Assembly (NCBI GenBank): GCA_964505265.1
Contig: CAZDGN010000001.1
Location: forward strand, 86,767-150,766
From: an uncultured Rickettsia sp.
Lineage (GTDB): Bacteria > Pseudomonadota > Alphaproteobacteria > Rickettsiales > UBA1997
DNA: 64,000 nucleotides
Direction of reading: 5' to 3'
Made by a program: the position numbers and the translations under genes. Below, piece by piece: positions 58,856 through 64,000 of this stretch. Below the pieces are notes generated by a model. That model was not told the DNA's origin. It saw only the letters and a program-made list of their open reading frames with translations, and ran no database searches. Each line of letters starts with the position of its first letter. The first letter of the stretch is position 1.

Positions 58856-59815
58856 ATGACAAACATTATCAATTTTAACGATCCAAATAAAGAAATAACT
58901 CCAATCGAAAATATTTCTGTGCAAAAAGAAAATACCAAACAGGATTGGGAAAAAAAAGCAGAAATTCTTTGCGAAGCTCTTCCTTATATGCGCAAATTTG
59001 CTGGCGAAACTTTTGTCATTAAATTTGGTGGTTCGGCGATGGGTGGAGTTGATAATCTAAAAAATTTTGCAAAAAATGTAGTGTTATTGAAGCAGGTTGG
59101 AATTAATCCGGTCGTGGTTCATGGCGGTGGTCCACAAATTGGAAAAATGCTAGAAAAACTAAATATAAAATCGACATTTGTTGATGGTTTGAGAGTAACC
59201 GATGCTGACACCATTGATGTTGTTGAAATGGTTTTGGCGGGGTCAATCAATAAACAAATTGTCAAAGAAATTAATCAAGCATCGGGCAAAGCGATAGGTA
59301 TTTGCGGTAAGGACTCAAATTTTATTAGGGCAAAAAAAGCCACTAAAGTAAAAAAAGATCCAAATTCAAATATTGAAAAAATTTTGAATCTTGGTTTTGT
59401 TGGCGAGCCTTATCATGTTGATCCAGAGTTTTTGACTATATTTGAAGATACCGACATTATTCCGGTTATTGCCCCTATAGGTATTGGTGATAATGGCGAA
59501 ACCTACAACATAAATGCGGATACCGTAGCTGGGGCGGTTGCTTCAGCGATTGGTGCCACGAAATTAATTATGCTTTCCGATGTAAATGGAGTTTTACTTC
59601 CAAATGGTGAATTAGTAAGTCATTTAAATATTGCTACGGCCAGACAAATGATTGTTGATGGTATTATTACTGGTGGCATGATCCCAAAGGTTGAAACATG
59701 CATTAGTGCCATAGAAAATGGTGTGGGCAATGCTCATATTTTAAATGGAGCCATTGATAATATTTTATTGATGGAAATCTTCACGGAAAGTGGAGCGGGA
59801 ACAATGTTTTTATAA
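58856..59815 (+). CDS. argB: Acetylglutamate kinase
   Basis: Contains IKFGGSAMG, VVHGGGPQI and NINADTVAG. Confidence 0.95.
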   Translation: MTNIINFNDPNKEITPIENISVQKENTKQDWEKKAEILCEALPYMRKFAGETFVIKFGGSAMGGVDNLKNFAKNVVLLKQVGINPVVVHGGGPQIGKMLEKLNIKSTFVDGLRVTDADTIDVVEMVLAGSINKQIVKEINQASGKAIGICGKDSNFIRAKKATKVKKDPNSNIEKILNLGFVGEPYHVDPEFLTIFEDTDIIPVIAPIGIGDNGETYNINADTVAGAVASAIGATKLIMLSDVNGVLLPNGELVSHLNIATARQMIVDGIITGGMIPKVETCISAIENGVGNAHILNGAIDNILLMEIFTESGAGTMFL

Positions 59816-59927
59816 TTGTTTCGATTAATTAATGAAGTTAGGTGTAATTTAAAAAATAAATTTTGTTTGAGGCATAATTAAAAAATAGGCTTAAGAAAAA
59901 CTATAAAATTTTCTAATATCAATAAAA

Positions 59928-61166
59928 TTATTGTTTTAATCTACCCCAAAATATTAAAGCGATGATACTGGCAAAAGAGCCAAATAAGATGTAATAAAAC
60001 ATCGAAAATAAGCCATAATTTTTAATTAGAAAAGTTAAAATCATTGGTGCGGTTCCACCAAAAATTGCCGCGGTAAAGCTATAGCTCATACCAACTCCCG
60101 AAGAACGAACTTGTATTGGAAAATTATTGACAATCATTTTCGGCATTGCCCCTTGGAAGGTTGCTAACAAGGCTCCTGCGCTAATAAAAGCAAACCATAA
60201 TTGAATTTGTGAACCGCTGATTAATGCCATTAAAAATAAAGGAGTGAAAATGGCGATTAATAAGGCGGAAATCATCAAAAATAATTTAGGATTATATTTG
60301 TCGCAAAGATATCCAAAAAAAGGAGTGATTAACATAAAGGAGCATAAAATTATTATGTGATATTTCTCAACATCGTCAAATGAATAGCCAAGCATCTGCA
60401 TAATCGATTTTGAATAAACTGCAAAGCTGTAAATTGGTATGGTTATACACATAAAAATTCCGCAAGAAATGAAGAAATTTGCTGGATAATTTTTAAAAAT
60501 AGTTCGCAACGGTTTTTGAATTAATTTATGTTGCGATTGGGCTTTTTTAAAGGCCTCACTCTCCTCGAGATGACTTCTTAAATATATGCCAAGCACACCA
60601 ATAAATATGCTAGAAACAAATGGAATTCTCCAAGCAAATTCTTGAATTTCACTTGCCGTAAAATAATGATGAATTAATAAAGCCATCGCCGATGCCAAAA
60701 TCATGCCAAGACCAATACTGGCGGTGGAAAATGAACCATAAAATCCTTGTTGATTTTTTGGAGCTGATTCAACTAAAAAAGTTGATGAAGCCGAAAATTC
60801 TCCGCCAAGCGAAATGCCTTGTAAAATTCGCATCAGAATTAATAGAATTGGGGCAAAAATTCCGATTTGATGATAGGTTGGCAACAAACCCATAATGGTG
60901 GTTGGAACAGCAATTAATATGATAGAGATGGTCAGGGATACTTTTCTGCCAAAGCGGTCGCCAATATAGCCAAAGACTATCCCGCCAAGAGGTCTGGCAA
61001 CGAAGCCTATGGCAAAGGCTGCGAAGCTAATCATAATTGAAAGATATTCGTCAGAAGTTGGAAAAAATAATTTAGCAAAAATATCGGCAAAATAGGCATA
61101 AAGCAAATAGTCATACCATTCAAGTGCATTGCCAACTATGGCAGAAAATAAGATGCGTAATTTCAT
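59928..61166 (-). CDS. MFS transporter, metabolite:H+ symporter (ProP/KgtP-like) family
   Basis: Contains the N-terminal family signature GNALEWYDYLLYAYFA and GDRFGRK. There are 12 TM helices. Confidence 0.85.
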   Translation of the reverse strand: MKLRILFSAIVGNALEWYDYLLYAYFADIFAKLFFPTSDEYLSIMISFAAFAIGFVARPLGGIVFGYIGDRFGRKVSLTISIILIAVPTTIMGLLPTYHQIGIFAPILLILMRILQGISLGGEFSASSTFLVESAPKNQQGFYGSFSTASIGLGMILASAMALLIHHYFTASEIQEFAWRIPFVSSIFIGVLGIYLRSHLEESEAFKKAQSQHKLIQKPLRTIFKNYPANFFISCGIFMCITIPIYSFAVYSKSIMQMLGYSFDDVEKYHIIILCSFMLITPFFGYLCDKYNPKLFLMISALLIAIFTPLFLMALISGSQIQLWFAFISAGALLATFQGAMPKMIVNNFPIQVRSSGVGMSYSFTAAIFGGTAPMILTFLIKNYGLFSMFYYILFGSFASIIALIFWGRLKQ

Positions 61167-61211
61167 AAATTTTTTTAAATTAACTGATAAATATTTTTAA
61201 ATTCTAAATTT

Positions 61212-62072
61212 TTAATTTAATTTTAAAATATAAAAATTTGATTCCACTGCTTGTCTTAATTCTTTATACCAATTTTTTTCATTTGCCGAGGTGTGGTCGA
61301 CAACTTGGACAAAAAAACGACATTGATTTTTTTTTCCATAATCAAGCAAGGATTTGGTTTGCCCCTTCATTTCCTTTGGCTGAAGAGGATTGCCAAAGGA
61401 AATATTGATATTTAAATCAGCTTGGTCTTGTGCTCGATTCGGTATATTATTATTAAAAATTACAATACCATCATCACGCAAATAAACATTAAAAATATAT
61501 TCAGGGGAGCCATTTGCCTTAGCCCAACAAGGTGGAAAGCCTATGCCTTTGACTTTACGTATAAGGTGCAAATTTTGCCCCTCCAAATTGTTAATTTTTT
61601 TGGATAATGAAATTTTTTCATTGAGCAATTCTTTAAGTTCATTTTCTAACTTCATTTCTTTGGTAAGAACTGGCGCAACTGGCATAGCAAGCGGATTTTC
61701 AAGTTCCTTAACCTCGCTTTCTTGAATTTCTTTTTCCAAATCTTCGCGCATTTTTTGTAATAATTGATCTAAATTTACCTCTTCCTTGTCTGGTAGTTTA
61801 TTTCGTTTCTCCACTAATTTTTTTATTTCTGGAAGTTTTTCAAGACCTTCAACAAGCTCCTGTGTAAGTGGTTGCTCTTTTTTTTCAATAAAATTTACCA
61901 GCCTTTCAATACTCTCTTCATTTTTCTTATATTTTTCGACTTTTCTTTGTTCTTTTTTGATGAAAAATGAAAATGCTAACAATAAAACAAAAATAATCAT
62001 GATGGTTATTTCCGACATCGTCAGCCCCATAATTAAGCCTTTGCGATAGCTTTTATTGTCGGCATTAGACAT
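61212..62072 (-). CDS. Single-TM protein with an ExbD/TolR/MotB-like acidic TM helix, an E/K-rich coiled coil and an unassigned C-terminal domain
   Basis: The TM helix is GLTMSEITIMIIFVLLLAF (compare the INVTPFIDVMLVLLIIF type). An E/K-rich helical region of about 120 aa follows. The C-terminal domain contains GFPPCWAKANGSPEYIF and has no OmpA/PG-binding motif. The start lies 2 nt after the upstream stop. Confidence 0.55.
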   Translation of the reverse strand: MSNADNKSYRKGLIMGLTMSEITIMIIFVLLLAFSFFIKKEQRKVEKYKKNEESIERLVNFIEKKEQPLTQELVEGLEKLPEIKKLVEKRNKLPDKEEVNLDQLLQKMREDLEKEIQESEVKELENPLAMPVAPVLTKEMKLENELKELLNEKISLSKKINNLEGQNLHLIRKVKGIGFPPCWAKANGSPEYIFNVYLRDDGIVIFNNNIPNRAQDQADLNINISFGNPLQPKEMKGQTKSLLDYGKKNQCRFFVQVVDHTSANEKNWYKELRQAVESNFYILKLN

Positions 62073-62074
62073 AA

Positions 62075-62860
62075 TTAATTATTTTGATTAGTGTTAAATT
62101 GATTTTTTTGGTCAATAATTTTTGCCAAATTCGAAAGACTTTGCGAAATTTCTTGAGTTGAGGTTTGAATTTTATTGATGCTTTCTTCAAGTTTGGCGAT
62201 AATTACTTCATTTTGTTCTAAAATTAATTTAGAGCTTTGTGAAAATTGTTCAGAATTATTGATCAAATTTTTTGCCAAATTTTCGCGCACATCTTGGAAC
62301 GATTCTTGAACTGAATTTTTAAGTGAGCGAGTGTAGCTGTTGAAAGAAATTGAAGATTTATAAAGCTCATTAACTAACTTATTTGAAGTTTCGGCAACTT
62401 TATTTTGCGCACTTTTTTCAATATCATCACTATCACGATAAAGCTGGGCAAAAAATACTCGAATAGCGATGCCAAAAATTGTTGACCATAAAGCTACACC
62501 AAAGCTTCCGATGATATTCATAATTTCGAATTCTGATTCTTTGGAGAAAGCATATAAGGCATAAGAAAGACTCGATAGGGTATATAAAAACCCGAGATAA
62601 TAGCTATTATCGCCAATTTGATCTTCACGAATATGGAATAATCGATTGCGATAGGCTAAAAAAGCATAGTAAATAATTAATGAAACCGATGTGAAAGTTA
62701 TATATGCTTGTTCAATCTTGAAATGCTTAGAAAGCCAGATAAAACAAAAACCAAAAATGGCAAAAAATATAAAGAAATATCTTGGAATTTTGCTGATTGT
62801 TTGTTTAGTGATTTCGCCGTTATTCATTTTAGCCCTCAATTGGTAAAAATCTTGATACAT
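62075..62860 (-). CDS. 4-TM MotA/ExbB/TolQ-like protein with a C-terminal coiled-coil tail of about 110 aa
   Basis: YYLGFLYTLSSLSYALYAF…GSFGVALWSTIFGIAIRVFFAQL resembles the ExbB/MotA channel helices (VGLFGTVWGIMNSF…GIAEALLATAIGLVAAIP). The tail reads NKVAETSNKLVNELYKSS…LEESINKIQTSTQEI. An alternative ATG at 62827 lies 1 nt after the upstream stop. Confidence 0.55.
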   Translation of the reverse strand: MYQDFYQLRAKMNNGEITKQTISKIPRYFFIFFAIFGFCFIWLSKHFKIEQAYITFTSVSLIIYYAFLAYRNRLFHIREDQIGDNSYYLGFLYTLSSLSYALYAFSKESEFEIMNIIGSFGVALWSTIFGIAIRVFFAQLYRDSDDIEKSAQNKVAETSNKLVNELYKSSISFNSYTRSLKNSVQESFQDVRENLAKNLINNSEQFSQSSKLILEQNEVIIAKLEESINKIQTSTQEISQSLSNLAKIIDQKNQFNTNQNN

Positions 62861-63650
62861 TAGCCCCTTGCGAAGAAAAAAACTCCATCCAAAAATCCCT
62901 TAATTGAGGAGTTTGGATTTTTCCAGTGTTTTCGCGATGCAAGAAAAATAATTCAACATCAACATTTTCAAGATCGGATTTTACATGTTTATAATGCTCG
63001 GAGTCTTTGTATTGAGAAAAATTATAGTTGCTTTTATAGGCAGAAAATTTTGGGGTATTTTGCAATAAATCAGTCACCAAAATTAATTTTTTGTTGATAG
63101 CTTTATTGTTCAGAGGAATGAAAGAGGTAATGGCAACCGATTGAATAGATTCCATAATTGGTGATTGATTTAGCGAGTCGCGATTTAAAACATTATCTAA
63201 AATTATATCGAGATTTTTTTTGAATTTTTCCTCATATCTTTTTTGAATAATTTTTTTATTTTCGGTAAGCTGATTAGCATCTTCGGCATTTCCTGGGTTG
63301 CATAAATCAATCGATGGTTCCAAAATTTTATCGATGATTTTATCGACAGAATATATTTGAATTTTGTGAGTATTTTTTTCGAGATTATTGGCAATTTCCC
63401 AAAATCGAGTTTTTAGCGATGCCTTTTGAATTAAGGATAATTTGTCGGTGGCATCGATAATTATTACGGTTAATTTTTTTAAATTATTTGCACAAAAATT
63501 CTCTTTATTAATGGCCGATGATTTAGTTTGTTCTTTGCTAAAAGAAATAGTAAAAAATCCGATTATAATTCCTGCCATTGCAATTAGGGCTATAGCGGTT
63601 AGGTTGCCTTTTGAACCACCATTTTTATTGTTCATTTGTTGGTATCTCAT
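62829..63650 (-). CDS. N-terminally TM-anchored protein with a vWA-like (degenerate MIDAS) domain
   Basis: The TM helix is LTAIALIAMAGIIIGFFTI. It is followed by LTVIIIDATDKLS…SPIMESI…KKLILVTDLLQN, which is the beta-strand/Asp pattern of vWA folds. The assignment is tentative. Confidence 0.45.
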   Translation of the reverse strand: MRYQQMNNKNGGSKGNLTAIALIAMAGIIIGFFTISFSKEQTKSSAINKENFCANNLKKLTVIIIDATDKLSLIQKASLKTRFWEIANNLEKNTHKIQIYSVDKIIDKILEPSIDLCNPGNAEDANQLTENKKIIQKRYEEKFKKNLDIILDNVLNRDSLNQSPIMESIQSVAITSFIPLNNKAINKKLILVTDLLQNTPKFSAYKSNYNFSQYKDSEHYKHVKSDLENVDVELFFLHRENTGKIQTPQLRDFWMEFFSSQGANVSRFLPIEG

Positions 63651-63651
63651 A

Positions 63652-64000
63652 TTAAAAACTTAGTTGATATTTCTCGGTTGTTGAGCCGTAAAAATTGTTA
63701 ATATTTTCGCACAATTTTTTATATTCAATCGATGAAGAATCTAGGTCGTTTTTAAAAACCTGCAAAATACTTTCCATATCTAAACCGAGCGTTTCCAGTT
63801 GTTTTTTTTCGATGGTATATTTTGGAGCATCTTGCAATTGACGATAAAATTTTAGCAAATAATTCAACACTTCTTCAAGATGATTTAAATGTTGAGGCAA
63901 TAGCTTTAACCACTTTTTTTCGCGGTTATAAATGCTTTGCAATTCATCAAAACGATAGCGAATTTTTTCAAATTCAACGGTAATTACTTCAATTTTTTTA
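63652..64000 (-). CDS. Helical/coiled-coil hypothetical protein, 5'-truncated by the window edge
   Basis: Hand translation shows the frame stays open from 64000: KKIEVITVEFEKIRYRFDELQSIYNREKKWLK…. The track start at 63942 is only an internal TTG. The stop lies 1 nt before the next gene's start. Confidence 0.6.
   Translation of the reverse strand, partial: KKIEVITVEFEKIRYRFDELQSIYNREKKWLKLLPQHLNHLEEVLNYLLKFYRQLQDAPKYTIEKKQLETLGLDMESILQVFKNDLDSSSIEYKKLCENINNFYGSTTEKYQLSF

Noticed and set aside
1-64000. Search for IS elements, integrases, prophage genes, toxin-antitoxin pairs and rRNA
   Set aside because: No transposase, integrase, phage structural, TA-like small gene pair or rRNA-like conserved sequence was recognisable in any frame. 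Apart from the R-M cassette, accessory content is not obviously mobile.

Overview
This is a 64-kb window from a very AT-rich bacterial chromosome (roughly 70% A+T by eye, not computed). Genes are extremely tightly packed. Content looks alphaproteobacterial (Rickettsiales/Pelagibacterales-like): giant NAD-glutamate dehydrogenase, COQ7, RNase J, divergent lpoA-like/rsmI-yraN, stand-alone pntAA, and FtsZ with a very long C-terminal linker. The lineage call is inference only. I support about 58 protein genes and one tRNA-Leu(GAG). I recognised no rRNA, CRISPR array, IS element or prophage. Most genes are housekeeping: leuS, tyrS, infC, def, map, glmM, murF-mraY, ftsZ, lptA-lptB, bamD, purCSQN, hisD, argB, pyrE, bioA/bioD, thiE, hemF, ruvC and fadB-like. 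Many neighbours share ATGA/TAATG-type start-stop overlaps, so several ORF-track starts were trimmed to internal ATGs that fit homolog N-termini and gene spacing. The stretches worth a second look are: (1) 4.7-12.0 kb, where a FadL-type outer-membrane channel, a hotdog-thioesterase::LCM-methyltransferase fusion and a 6-TM HK-REC-REC-Hpt hybrid sensor are separated by the only long non-coding spacers in the window; I read this as a candidate phc/cqs-like lipid-signal module. (2) 61.2-64.0 kb, a minus-strand operon running off the right edge: coiled-coil protein, TM-anchored vWA-like protein, MotA/ExbB-like protein with a coiled-coil tail, and a MotB/ExbD-like single-TM protein with an unknown C-terminal domain. 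This is a stator-like system of unknown function. (3) An alaS ORF lacking the entire class II catalytic core yet seamlessly packed between two DMT transporters. (4) A type II m5C methyltransferase plus small HNH nuclease wedged between nhaA and map. (5) A nested GC-rich palindromic repeat cluster and an odd Pro/Thr-rich small ORF between thiE and bioA. (6) Possible host-interaction hints: an LRR protein and a small repeat protein ending in CIII. All family calls rest on motif recognition from the translated ORFs. No database search was possible.
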